A stretch of 60,434 nt of DNA, the filler included, from Sphacelaria rigidula (lineage: Eukaryota): assembly GCA_964200075.2 (NCBI GenBank). It is 10 parts of 10 records of this genome, joined end to end, with 100 filler letters (N's around TTAATTAATTAA, not from the genome) between each part and the next. Parts side by side here need not be neighbours in the genome. Positions count along the whole stretch, not along the records: positions 6,055 to 12,008 come from CAXNAA020023249.1; positions 12,109 to 18,062 come from CAXNAA020023250.1; positions 18,163 to 24,116 come from CAXNAA020023251.1; 7 more parts are not named here. One strand, written 5' to 3'. The position numbers and the translations under genes are program-made. The notes under the pieces were generated by a model. The model made no database searches. It saw only the letters and a list, made by a program, of their open reading frames with translations, and was not told the DNA's origin. Shown one piece after another: positions 11,578 to 23,632 of this stretch; the first letter of the stretch is position 1; each line of letters begins with the position of its first letter.

Positions 11578-12108
11578 TAGGGGTGCTAAACGCGGGAGGA
11601 TTGCTAGCCTCCGAAAAGTGTCCGGGCTGTTCGGCGACATATTACTAACCATCGCCCGTTTTCCTTCGTTCCTTGGGATACACTTGATTCTAGTCTGCAT
11701 CCTCAATAACATGGAGAAATCATGCGCTAAGTTAACGCTCTTCCTATTCAGACGCCACATGCACTTCCACACGACTGAGACATTCCGGGGTCGATCCTTC
11801 TTTCCAAGTGCTTTTCAAGCCGACCCTCGATACTTGCAGAAGAAACAGGCCATTGTCCGATTTTTTCCGCTGAGCGCGGGACGTGCCCTGGAAAGGGCTA
11901 TTAACCCAGTGGGTGCATTTGGGCTCGAAGCGCACAACGCAAAAAATAGCAAACATGCCCCGGCCTTGCAGTTGGTGTGAAAATAATATCAAGAGTCGTT
12001 TTTTTGCTNNNNNNNNNNNNNNNNNNNNNNNNNNNNNNNNNNNNNNNNNNNNTTAATTAATTAANNNNNNNNNNNNNNNNNNNNNNNNNNNNNNNNNNNN
12101 NNNNNNNN

Positions 12109-12648
12109 TCCCGACTTTGTAGGGATGCGAGGTCAATGGTCCGATGACTATGGCATGCATGATCATGAGTACATCCCCCTTCCCCCCTGATCCGGCGAGA
12201 ACGCGGCGTGCTCTGTCCCGGCTTTGTAGGGGTGGACCCCCGATGGGGTTGGCGTCGGATGGCGTCGGCGCCATAAAACACGCCACTCACTGCGTAAGCG
12301 GGGCAACAAGGTTATCGACTTTTTTTTGCGCGCTTGCCTTTTTTTTGCGGCAACCATCACGGTAGTCGAGCTAAATCATGTTGTGCGGCGTGGGAGGACC
12401 TCAACTCTGCACAGTGGGGATGATCGTTATACGTAATGTTCAAAAGGTGAGACACCCATGAGGCAGTGTGTAAGACGTGGCTTCCTCTGGAAGTGGCGAT
12501 ACCAGACAATAAAGCAACTCATGGAGGCTGTCATCCAAATGCGAGATAATCAGTGGGCTTCGGGCCCAACAACCTTCGCAGGGTGCAGCTCACCCTTCAT
12601 GCGACTAGNNNNNNNNNNCCGGCGTGCTCTGTCGCGGCTTTGTAGGGG
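12109..12648 (+). mobile_element. Poly(C)-associated retroelement, subfamily 1: 3' tail of one copy (12109-12179), C-run, then a near-complete unit (12188-12648)
   Basis: The unit starts and ends with the direct repeat ...cggcgtgctctgtc(c/g)cggctttgtaggg. Body homologous to 18163-18549, 30462-30729 and 58644-58991. Confidence 0.85.
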
Positions 12649-13845
12649 TGAGATGTCAATGATCTTGTTACTGGCGATACCAAAGAATTTTGACACGATG
12701 TCCAGGACGTATGCGCGAATACCCCTTCTTTCCTCCCGTGTTTTGTTTCTTCTCCCTACGTGAGTTATTGGCGACGGAACATTTCGGAGCAGTTTTTCGG
12801 AACGAAAATGCCGATACATCACGAAGAAAGGGGGGGGGAAATGGAGGATAGTACCGGATCTTTGCACATACGTCCTGTACACCGTGTCAAAATTACAGCG
12901 AAAAATACTAGGAATTGAAGAGCATGCTTGTCTTTGAATTATTCGTGGCAGGTCCACTTCCACATACTGTAGGAACCGGTTTCTGACAGAATGACGCGAT
13001 TCCCGAGATTAATTTTGAGTCGTTTTCAATGACATTCCGACATGCTGTTCAGGACGTATGTGCGGAGACATATCGTTCCCTCCCTCTATTTTCCTTTATT
13101 TTTTGTGAGTTACTGGCGACAACATATTTCAGAATAGTTTTTCCGGACCAAAATTGCCAATGACTCACGAAGACAAGGAAGAACAGGGAGGGGGGATCTG
13201 CAGGCACAGACTTATGCGCACGAATTTTTGTTGGGCGGCCAATCTCGAAACTTCGGAACCAAGCGAATCTGACAAGAACACTAGGCTCCACTCTGTGGAG
13301 TGATGCAAAGTGTCCGAGACCTGTGTTGACGGTTTTCCCTGTTTGAGGGTCAAAAGGTGGGTCAAACGTCTCGAAAGTGATCCGTGGGCCAAAAATCTGT
13401 GTGCCATCACATCCGGCCTGAGTACAATGTGTTTCAGCGGCGTTGCCAACACATGCCAAACCTCACAGCGAAGAGGGGAGGGGGAAGGGGGGGGGGGGGG
13501 GGTGACAGAACAAAAATAACAATCAAGCGGCGGAAGGATACGGAGCAGAAAAAAGGACAACATAAACGGGCACGCACTGGGGCATGAGAGCTAAAATTGG
13601 AACACGACACACACACGAAACAATAGTTCCCGAGAGAAGCGGCAAACCCTTCTTTCGATCGAATAAATAAAGGCATCATGAAATACCACGACCAGGAGAC
13701 CACCACAAGACACCACGCGCAAAAGTGGACTTCTAGCCAAAGTCAGCGGCAGACACCCACGCCGCGAGCAGCACTTCCGTGAAGAAACCGTTCCGACACG
13801 AAGCAGTGACTTCGATGTCATACATGCCACCGCGAAGGTGAACTA

Positions 13846-13990
13846 CACCCTGCGCAACAGACTCCTTTGTCGGAAAGTGTACTGCGTACAGTATGGCATC
13901 TATTGTTTATTGCAATACACGCAATAGTCGATACTGTACGAATTAAACCTGTCGAAAATGCAATCTATCGTCACCATCTACTGCACGGTG
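13846..13990. mobile_element. ~135-bp palindromic MITE (CACCCTGG...CCAGGGTG family); copies at about 24476-24607, 26674-26808 and 34490-34622
   Basis: Shared self-complementary core gtactgcgtacagtat...tattgcaata...atactgtacgcagt and inverted termini in four copies on three contigs. Confidence 0.8.
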
Positions 13991-13999
13991 TTAGGCTCA

Positions 14000-16900
14000 A
14001 TGTCTCAACTTTCCACGTGCAGTTCTCGTGCAATAAAAAAGTCGTTCGAAAAGACTAAAAACCTGCCCCTACCCAGTTATGCACTATATCACCCGGGCCC
14101 ATCACAGACTCACACCTCATAACCCTGCATAAGCAAAGGTCGTCCACCGATCAAAAACCGGCGCAAGTAACAGTGCCCATAGGTTATCATCATCGCTTAC
14201 ACGGTCTAAACGCCCCAGAGAAATCATTCAACATACCCTTGATTTCATCGTTTCTGAAAAGACCCCTCACTGCCTGAAAGCTCCCATCAACCGAAAGACG
14301 TCGGCGACATACCGATCTAACGACATCTATAACTGTCGAGGGCGAGGTCCCATGCCGCATAAGACCAGAAAATTGGGGATGGAGCAGGCTGACAGGTGCA
14401 AAAACAGTACACGGTACTCCCTTCTTCAGGACCTTGGGTTACATGCATGATGCACACTCTCGAACAATGAACGAACACGAGTACAGCTACGCCCACAGCA
14501 ACAAAGAGAAGTTACACGGGCATGAAAGTTTTCCGTGACTTGTGAATGACGGGCTGGGCGTAGCGAAAGACTCGATCCGACCCGACTACATGCATGTATG
14601 CTCATGTGCTCACCGACTGCTGCAACGATAGGGACAACTCACAGTAGCGCCAACAAATGTTGGAATTATCTTGTAGGTCGAAACGCAAGATAAATGAACG
14701 TATTTGCTGACACTGCAGCCCCGAAACACCGACAAGACGACAGAATCAAAACCTTGAAAACACGTCAGCGACGATCACTCGGCAGTTGGCCTGCTTTGCT
14801 GCACGGGAGGTCAGGCGTCAACGTCCTGCGACATGCTCCTGCATTTACTGTTTACTATATGAAGGTGCAACTAGTCCACTGGCATGGCACGGGTAGCATG
14901 TTCTAAACTTGTTTAAACCCTTTTGGAATTCTCCCCTCCTGTCCCCTAGCCAAACGTCTTTTTATAAGATCTGAAGAGGAAAAAATCGAAACAGAATAGA
15001 CCGACGGAAATCATTTTTATAATGGAATACCGGAGAAGAATGTCCTCCCTGGAGAATTTGGGAAAGAATGGTCCAATCATACCACGCAACCGATCAAGTG
15101 TGTCCAATGGTATCAATCGACAATAATCAACAAAACCACTATGAAACATTCCATTAAAAAAACAGCAATGGGCTCCAGGATCCAACCAGGCACGTTTGTA
15201 TATTAGCATTTGCAGATTAGGGAAGCACCACTTTGATGGGCCGCAGCATCGGGTGGCGAGTTTACCAAGCCACACCGTACATACGGCACAGTATGGCTGA
15301 ATCCAGCGAAATCTCGTCAACAAATGTGAAGGGCACAGTGGGTTGTGCGGGCGGTACATGGCGGGCGTAATCGCATGCGTCCGCACAGGCGATATACATG
15401 CACACGGGAGGGAGCCAACAAGCACCGCGTAAAGTAATCAGGCCAGATGAAAAACACTACAGTCAGCAAATACAGTAGGTTACAGTATTAACTTGCGGCT
15501 ACACTCCGTTCAAGATAAAAATAACCATGTGAAAAGTCGGCCACGAGAGTAGACGGCACCAGACGATAGCGGTAGCTGGCGTCATGAATCTCATGCAGCA
15601 TGAAGTATGTCGGTACAACGGTCGGGAACGCTCAACCCGCGGTATAGATGTGGTGGAGCAACTGTGCCTTTCGCTACGCCGTTGTGTAGTAGTCAACCCG
15701 CGGTATGATGTTGTCGGGACGTGCTTGGCAGAGCGCAGTTTTGTGCATGCCTCTGCCTTGCGTTTTACTTAGATTTTCTTAAAATACGATATATTTTTAG
15801 AAAATGATACAGACGTGACACGAAGCAGCAAGGCATCACCCCTGGGGCGACGGGACTTCGCAGACTCCACACCACAGTGACGGTGCATAACTGCAGGGCA
15901 CATCGCGTCTGCGTCGCCTTTACGCATTTTTTCAAACGGCGGGATGTTGTTGGAACGTGCATGAGCGCGATGTTGTGCATTACGTGAGTCTCCAGTCGAG
16001 GTTACCCCAAATTGCTGTAAACACACCCAGTACTGTACAGGGCAGTATCGCAGCACCCCCTGCGGCATGGAAAGGTGACTGCCCGGGATTGTATTACACT
16101 GCAAGTTCAAATATGGCGATGTGCCATTGGCGTTGCCCTTGTTGCTATGACGCTGCGAAGAGTATACCCTGCAGCGGGAAGGGCGTGCAGGTCAGGCGGG
16201 AAGCATGCTTCACAGAGGCTTGCCGCGCACTGTAGCCGAGGAAGGAGCTCATGAGTGTAGAAAAAAAATGCCGACGGGTTCTGGACCTCGCCGCAGCAAG
16301 AAAAGAGGAAACCTTCTCTTGTTCCACTTGTCACTCGCACGAGTCTGAAAAATACGCGTTGGGCCAAAATTGTTGCGTCTAACCTGTGAACCATCAACCA
16401 TACCTTGCTCAAAAACCGTCAATTGCAAGTGATCAATTTTCCATTGTGACTTCCAAAAGGGTCGACAGGTATTCACGCGATGGCCTATGGAACGAGAATC
16501 GCGGTACAAGAAGCGCAACTAGATTCCGTGTACAAGTGCATATGTTTATAAATATGAAAATAGGGCAAGGGCATACCCACGAAGATCTTACTCCCTGATT
16601 TGTGCGGCACTGCTGAATTAACTTCAAATAAATCACATAGATGTTCACATGGTGGTAAAGATAGTATATATACAGAATATTTCGAACTCACGAGCGTGAA
16701 GCATATTTTGTAACGAGGCGTCCACGAAATTTATGCTGATTTTATAGTGCAAGTTCCTCCGAACCCGCCCCGGGAGATGACCGTTCGGGCCAATGCCAAT
16801 GCTAGGGATCCGGTTACGCGGATTCGTGCTACATTTTGTGCGGGGGTACATATGCCTTCGCGAACGTTCGAACGGACGCGGGATCGTGGTGGTCCTCCAA

Positions 16901-17220
16901 TGTTTCCGGCGGGAGTTACGTAAATTTTCTCGAGTTTTGTAGAGGCATCTCAAGCTCGATATTCCCGGTAAATTGTGAGTAATTTACAGTTTAATATATC
17001 AGGCAACTCGAGTTCGAGATATGTACCTTCAACAACAACTGGACCGGCCTTATTTCCAGGGCGTAAGATACGGCGCACAAACGAATACGTTCTCGCACAC
17101 GACAAGGAACGTGAAACGAAGTCTAGTGCAGTTCGGTGCTGAATGCCGACGTGGTGCCATCGATTCCTGGCGCGAACGTATCCGAAGCAAATGATTGCTT
17201 CGCGCAAGTTATCCATGCTG
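14000..17220 (-). pseudogene. Decayed Cys-rich coding region, probably transposon-derived (KDZ-like hypothesis)
   Basis: A chain of interrupted minus-strand frames (PCEHLC, FSCCGE...FFYTHELL, GFVDYCRLIPLD, TCYPC). The segment 16785-16885 is homologous to repeats starting near 20418 and 21086. Family identity is speculative. Confidence 0.3.
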
Positions 17221-18162
17221 CAGTAGAATGCATAACTACATCAGAAACAGATAGATCACGCCGCTGATTGCCGGCGGGTGGGTGCACCGAGAGCTTCTAG
17301 CACACAAGAAGGAACCTTGAAACCAAGTCGGGTGAAATACAGCGCTGAATGCTGACGTTGTGTTGTCCTAGACTGGAGTTGGAAGCTTCCGCCGCAAAAA
17401 AATGTCGGTGCAAAGCATACACATGTCGTGTGTACCAAAAGTAAAAAACGGGACGCAGACTCTGATTTTGACCTAAATCGTGGACGGAACAAGCTAAAAA
17501 TGTAACCGAAGTCTGACAACGCGTCCACTGAACCAGCACATAGTCGCGATCATGCACTAAGCTCGTCCGCGAGAACTTCTACTCATATTTGTATCCTGCA
17601 AGAGGACAGCTGCTGGCCGGGCACCCAACGCTCCGGTGTTTTTCATGTTCACTTTCACCTATAGTTCATACCCGTCCAAGCGATTTCTGCCAGAACAGGT
17701 GTAAAATGATGCCCACACCCACCCGCACACGGGCTTCCCATAATGTAGATGTACTTCCTCTGTCCCATAAGTGTGTGCAGTTATGAACGTTTGATCGTTC
17801 GGATATTTCAACGCTGACGATCATCCTACAGTTGGGTTCGTCAGAGAGATGACGCACAAAAAAAAAAGAAAAAAAGTCGTTTTCAATGCGAGCTGGGCCA
17901 GCCGAGAAGCGATTCTGCAGTTTGCAAGCCAATTATACGGCCGATACTTGGAGTTGGACCCCGAAATTTGGTATGGACAGTGAGTAGGGCATAATTAAAA
18001 AAAACTTTATACGCCAGTATTTTTTTTTTCATTTTGTCCAACTCATTTTCCATACCAAATTTNNNNNNNNNNNNNNNNNNNNNNNNNNNNNNNNNNNNNN
18101 NNNNNNTTAATTAATTAANNNNNNNNNNNNNNNNNNNNNNNNNNNNNNNNNNNNNNNNNNNN

Positions 18163-18549
18163 GTTCGGCCCGAAGCCTACTGATTGATCTTGTATTTGGA
18201 TGACAGCCTTCAATGAGTTGCTTTATTATCTGGTATCGCCACTTCCAGAGACAGTCACGGCTTTCACACTGCCTCCTGGGTGCCTCACCTTGTGAACACA
18301 ACGTGGTACGATCATCGCCATTGTGCGGAGTTGAGGTTCTCCCACGCCGCACAACATGATCTAGCTGGACTACCATCATGGTTACCGCAAAAAAACCCCG
18401 CAAGCGCGTAAAAAAACCCCGGTTATCTGGTTGCCTAGCTTGCGCAGTGAGTGGCGTGTTTTATAGCGTCATCGCCAACCGACGCCAACCCCATCGGGGG
18501 TCCGCCCCTACAAAGCCGGGATGGAGCTCGCCAGGTTCTCGCCGGACCA
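18163..18549 (-). mobile_element. Poly(C)-associated retroelement, subfamily 1 (5' portion)
   Basis: Reverse complement of the 12188 unit. The 5' end is at the same position (tggtccggcgagaac) and abuts an 11-nt G-run. Confidence 0.85.
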
Positions 18550-18562
18550 GGGGGGGGGGGCT

Positions 18563-18806
18563 TTTCAGCTCACGACACACTATCTCTGTACACCCGCTCT
18601 GTTTTTGTATATAAAATACGGACGTGCAGGAAATTCGACGGAGCTCGCGTGGTTCCGTATGTAGTACACTGTACATTTACGGTTTCAGCTCACGACAGAC
18701 TATCTCTGTACACCCGCTCAAAATTTAGCTGCACCCGCTCTAATTTCATAAAGAAAATACGGACGTGCAGGAAAATGTAGTAATATACACTGTACTATTA
18801 CGGTTT
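18563..18806. repeat. Tandem duplication of a ~120-bp unit
   Basis: tttcagctcacgaca.actatctctgtacacccgctc...aaaatacggacgtgcaggaaa...tacactgtac occurs twice. Confidence 0.85.
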
Positions 18807-18997
18807 TATGCCCAGCCAATAACTTCAAATATTATTTGAAACGCGGTCCTCTCACACATTACAGGGAGATGAGTCTCTCGTGAACCCGGTGAGTTTTTAC
18901 ATGCCATTTTCGATGTAAATATAGAGTGGATGCAGCGTTCGCTGTTGTCATGTTATCATATCGTTCGCGGTTGTCGCTATCAAAGAGGTATATCCGT

Positions 18998-19625
18998 AAC
19001 CATAACCACACACGATACGCTCAGCTTTTCCTCTACCAAGAAGAGGAAGAAGCACTCGAAAGACGAGAGAGCATCACCCTCGAGCGGTGATAATCAGCCG
19101 CAGCGTCGGGCGCGCGCTTGCGCCGATCCATCGTGCCCTGGCACGGCCATCGAAAAGCACGCAAAGACTAATTAATTAGGTTAGTCCTTGCGTGCTTTTT
19201 AGTGACGGTGTCAATACACGATGGATTGGCGCAAGCGCGCGCCCGACGCTGCGGCTGATTATCCCCGTTGGAGGTTGATGCTCTCTCGTCTTTCGAGCGC
19301 TTCTTCTTTTGCTTGGTTAGGGAAAAACTGAGCGTATCGTGTGTGGTTGTGGTTCTTCTTATGTTGCTTTTTTACGTCTTTTTTTCGTACCGGTGTCTCA
19401 AGTAAATATCTACTTCGCTTACACCCTACTTCCACAACATCGAATCTCCTCAAGAACCCCAACCACCGACGATATGCTCAGCTTTTCCCCAACCAAAAAA
19501 AAGAAGAAGCGCTCGGAAGACGAGAGAGGATCACCCCCCAACGGGGATAATCAGCCGCAGCGTCGGACGCGCGCTTGCGCCGATCCATCGTGCACTGGCA
19601 CGGTCATCGAAAAGCACGCAAGGAT
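18998..19625. repeat. Long hairpin (18998-19354; ~174-bp arms, 9-nt loop) plus a third direct copy (19469-19625)
   Basis: Arms aaccataaccacacacgatacgctcag...gcacgcaaagactaa / ttagtccttgcgtgc...ctgagcgtatcgtgtgtggttgtggtt; loop ttaattagg. Confidence 0.9.
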
Positions 19626-20417
19626 TTCTCGAGTAATCCTGTCACACAACAAAACACGAGAGCTCGGCTGTTTATAACAAGTCAGCCGTGACCCGCTGAA
19701 GAAGGGACCGCTGCCGGCCGAAGGCCGGCAAGGAATACGTATGTATAAGATATTAAGGGTGCACGAGCGCGTAGTGATTTTGGTAGGGAGGCGTCCACGC
19801 GATTTATGTACGACAAAACAACTAAGCGTACTCCTTCAAAAGGAGCACCTTATAACTGACTATTAAGGGATATTCAGTTATCCTCATACTCCTTAGGTAG
19901 AAAACGTTTCCTATACACCAGGAATCGAGGTCGAGTCCGGGCTCGAGATCCCCCCCCCCCCTTTTAGCGTTACTCTTTTAGAACACCGCTTTCCGACACC
20001 ACAAATAATCGGGTTCGTTTTTTTGTCACGCGACGTTGTTCTTTTTTATAATGCTTCGACTTCGCCTAGAGGAACCTATGCACCGCCCGTTGCCCGAGGG
20101 TCTCGTACGCCTTGGGTCGGGGTTAGGGTTAGGTTTAGCGTTATTGTTAGTTTGAACGAAGTACATCGGCAGCCCCGCGGAATTTTCCGCTTCTCCGCGG
20201 GACTGTCGAGGCACCTTTTCAGGGCGAGTTCGTTGTCCGTTCTGTCTTCCTTCTTTTTTTTATATCGTATTTTCAATTCGTGTTTGTACTGCTGTTGCTT
20301 TTGTACGTTTTCTTTTTTCATACCGTTGTCTCGAGCAATTATCGTAAGGAGGCATTCACGCGATCTATGCTGAAATCAGTGTTCAGATCCCGCCGCACTC
20401 GCGTCGGGGGATGACTA

Positions 20418-21595
20418 TTCGGGCGAACGCTAATGCTAGGGGTCCAGCGCGCGGATTCGTGCCGCATGTTGTGTGGGTGTACACACTTGCGTTCGCGACC
20501 GGTCGAGCGAACGCTTCATCATTTCGATGTGCGTCGACAATGCCAACGGGTTACGGCGGGCGAAACACGCTGACGAGGAACGCCCGTAGAAACACTTGAT
20601 CTGAGGGCAAGCTGTATGACTCTGAGTACTTGAGTCCTGCACTTGAGAGATGAAGTCCTTCCCCAGCGCCCCCAATTTTGGTCAGGTCTATCTGATCACA
20701 GCGCGGCACTCACACCGTGTATACCTTTCATCACTAATAAAATAGAGCGGGTATCCGCGTGAGGGGACGGACCCTGTGAGCCGCGGACACGCATTGTCAA
20801 GGTTTGCAAAACACAACACTGAGTATGGTAAAAAAAATCCGGACAGACACGTTGTGTGTTTCTCGTTGGTGGTGCAATGTGTTGAGGTGAGCTTGAACCT
20901 CGGCGGATCCATTTTGTTGCCCGTCGGGTGATGTCGTATATCAACCGCATGACAAAAACATTGGAGATCGTTCACGTCGACGGGGACACTATGTACATGA
21001 GGTTCTTCAAGATGGGGTGAATTTGGCTGAGCAGATACGCACTGGAATACTGCCCGCGCGTCCTCGCGGGAAAAGTAGAAAAAATCTAATGCTAGGGGTC
21101 CACTGCGCGGATTCGTTGCGCGTTACTGCCCGTGCCCTCGCTGGACCGCTCGCTTCATCATTTCGATGTGCGCTAACTATATCAATGGGTATCGACGGCG
21201 ATGAAGCATGAGGACAAAAGACACTGACGATGAACATCCGTGAAAAGTCTCGATCCGAAGGTACACTCTAATATTTATGGTACTTGAGTCCTGCACTCGG
21301 GACATTAATTCCTTTGCCCGCGCCCCCATGTTTTGTTCCAAGTCTATTTGATCACAACGCGGCACTCACACCGTGTTTCCCTTCATTACCAATGAGAGAG
21401 GGCGGGGATTTGCGTGAGGGGACGGGCCCTGTGAGCAGTGGACACGCACGGTCAAGGCTTGCACAAGACAACACTGAGTACATTAAAAAACCCGGGCAGA
21501 ACACGTTCTGTGTTTCTCGTTGATGGTGTAATCTCGGCAGAACCATTTTGTTTCCCGTCGGGTGATAACGTGTATCAACCACGTGATAAAAAATT
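20418..21595. repeat. Two diverged tandem copies of a ~520-bp unit (about 20430-20958 and 21086-21592), probably TE-derived
   Basis: Collinear blocks taatgctaggggtcca, cgcttcatcatttcgatgtgcg, tacttgagtcctgcact, gcggcactcacaccgtgt, ccattttg..cccgtcgggtgat. Confidence 0.8.
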
Positions 21596-21790
21596 CGTCG
21601 GTTGCCGCATAATTATTCAAGAGCTTCTTACACCAGAAAAAATTCACACATACGCGATACAAGAGAAAAGAAAAGAAGGCGAAGCTATTACAGAAGGCAC
21701 AGGTTTGCGTCTCGAAGCGCTTGCACCGGCAAGTGCATCGCTGCCGCTCCACATAATAAATAATCCACGGCTATGCATGTTTTTTCTCAG

Positions 21791-21947
21791 GTGAGAATAC
21801 TGTCGAGGCAAATATGGCCGAAGCGCGACGCTGCATCGCCCTCGCACGCGAACGTCTGGAGGACACAACTGTCGGGGCGAAATACCTCAGCAACATCGCA
21901 AAGCACCCGGGCGAGATCAAGTACCGCACGCTGAAGACGTCCAACAG
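21791..21947 (+). CDS. PUB (PUG) domain protein, exon
   Basis: AG/GT-bounded exon encoding ...GAKYLSNIAKHPGEIKYRTLKTSNR, the PUB motif NIxxxPxExKYRxLxxxN. Confidence 0.88.
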
Positions 21948-22387
21948 GTGCGCGACTCTGTGCAGGGACGATTCATTTCAATTGTAAGCCTCTTGCGTCC
22001 GGCGAAACGTTGGACCTACAGCCACTTATTGCTCACACGAGAGGAAACTATAAAAACTCGGGGTAAATAGACTATTAGACATCGGTGATCAGTCAGCGGG
22101 CACCGGTGTGAGCAGATTTCCCCGATAACTCCGTGCCTGTACGCACGGAGAAGCCAGCCATCCCACCGTGGGCGGGGTCTTTAATTGTCACCCGAACGAG
22201 GGGACTCGTAGGTGTGATGATGTCCAGCGATACGTGTCTTCACGTGCAAGTTCCTAGGGTAAAGCGTCGTCCGCTAGCTTCTGGACTGTCGCCAAATATC
22301 GTACCAAGGGCATTTCACGTGCTTTTCTCTGCGCTGACTTCAGGTAACTTCTCCACGTTGCTCTCTCCGGAAGTCGAATCTCCCCGC

Positions 22388-22422
<35 letters not shown>

Positions 22423-22561
22423 TGCCGCCCCCCCCCCCTTCTTCTTTCTCTCCTCCCCCGATGTCCCCGCCTCCCCGTGGGGGTGCGACGGGACGTGGGG
22501 TGNNNNNNNNNNGCCGACCCTCCGCGGATTGTGGCCGCTGTGCACCCCCCGGATCGTGCCG

Positions 22562-22597
<36 letters not shown>

Positions 22598-22642
22598 CCT
22601 TCCGTGGGGTGGCTCGGTGTCTTTATTGTACGGGCTGCACAG

Positions 22643-22784
22643 GAAATTCTACACGGAAGTATGGCTGAACAGCGGAGTTAGGAGTCTTTTCCTCGCCCTA
22701 GGGTTCAGACCCGGCGAGGACGGGACGGTGGTGTTAGATCCGCTTGGACCCGACACTCTAGATTGTATCAACACAGTAGTGCAG
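22643..22784 (+). CDS. PUB domain protein, next exon
   Basis: In-phase splice (AG|G = Arg) continuing KFYTEVWLNSGVRSLFLALGF..., the C-terminal half of the PUB domain; donor gtgcgt. Confidence 0.88.
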
Positions 22785-23009
22785 GTGCGTAAAACAAATA
22801 TCAATGCCGCGGAATCACCCACATGCGTTTGCGCACGCAACCTATATTATACATGCGGGGCAATATTTGAGTACGAGCTGGGCCAGCCAAGAGTTTGTGA
22901 CTCTCAGCGGTTGGACAGCTTCTCTCGGCTTAGTTTTGGGAGTTGAGCGCTACAGTTCTTACATGAAATTGTTTCCATCAACTCGCGGAAAGTAGAGGAA
23001 GCAACCAAG

Positions 23010-23632
23010 CAAAAAAACATAACAAAACATAAAGTTAGGGCGATTTGAAATTTCTGAAAAAAAAAGAAGAATAAGTCATTACTTGATTGAGGGGAAAAAA
23101 AAACTTTGGGTGCTTCCGTGAAGATTTTTCAACTTGTTGCGTGCAGAAGATCCTTGTAGAAGTTCGGCCCCAAACCGTCCAAAGTTTGCGCAGGCCGTTC
23201 AACTTTTGGTGTAAAACTGCTGCACCTCGTTGTCCAACTGGCCTTTGAGAGGTATGGGATAATAAAAGAATGCCATCACTCGATCACAGAAGAAAAACTC
23301 GGGACGTTTCTGTCAAGCATGTCCAACTTGTCTGTAAAAGATTGTTCGAAAATTTCGGCTCATAACTCCTAAAAATGGGCAGGCCATCCCGTTTTTTGTG
23401 TGACACGGCTGCGCCCCGTTGTACAACTGGTGCGAAAGAATTTCACCAGGGCGAACGTCACGGGTTCGAATCTCGATGTGTACGTTCTTTTCTCGAAGAA
23501 TCTGGTGCCGTTGAAGTCATATATTATGCGGGACATCTTCCCATTTTTTCCTAGCTGGAGGTGAAGCGTGCTTCAGCAGGTTGGTCTGCAGCTCACACCG
23601 ATATACTTTCATCGCGCTGATTCGGGAAACTG
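23010..23632 (+). mobile_element. Interspersed repeat with an embedded tRNA-like segment; homologue at about 58180-58592
   Basis: Shared blocks gtgcag.agatcct, ttttgtgtgacac.gctgcgc, gtcacgggttcgaatc (B-box), caggttg.tctgcag.tcacaccgatatact on two contigs. Confidence 0.6.

Noticed and set aside
22133..22681. Pro-rich and Gly-rich ORFs (also 48979-49233 and 59052-59638)
   Set aside because: Translations of C/G homopolymer runs spanning N gaps; the first lies mostly in the PUB-gene intron.
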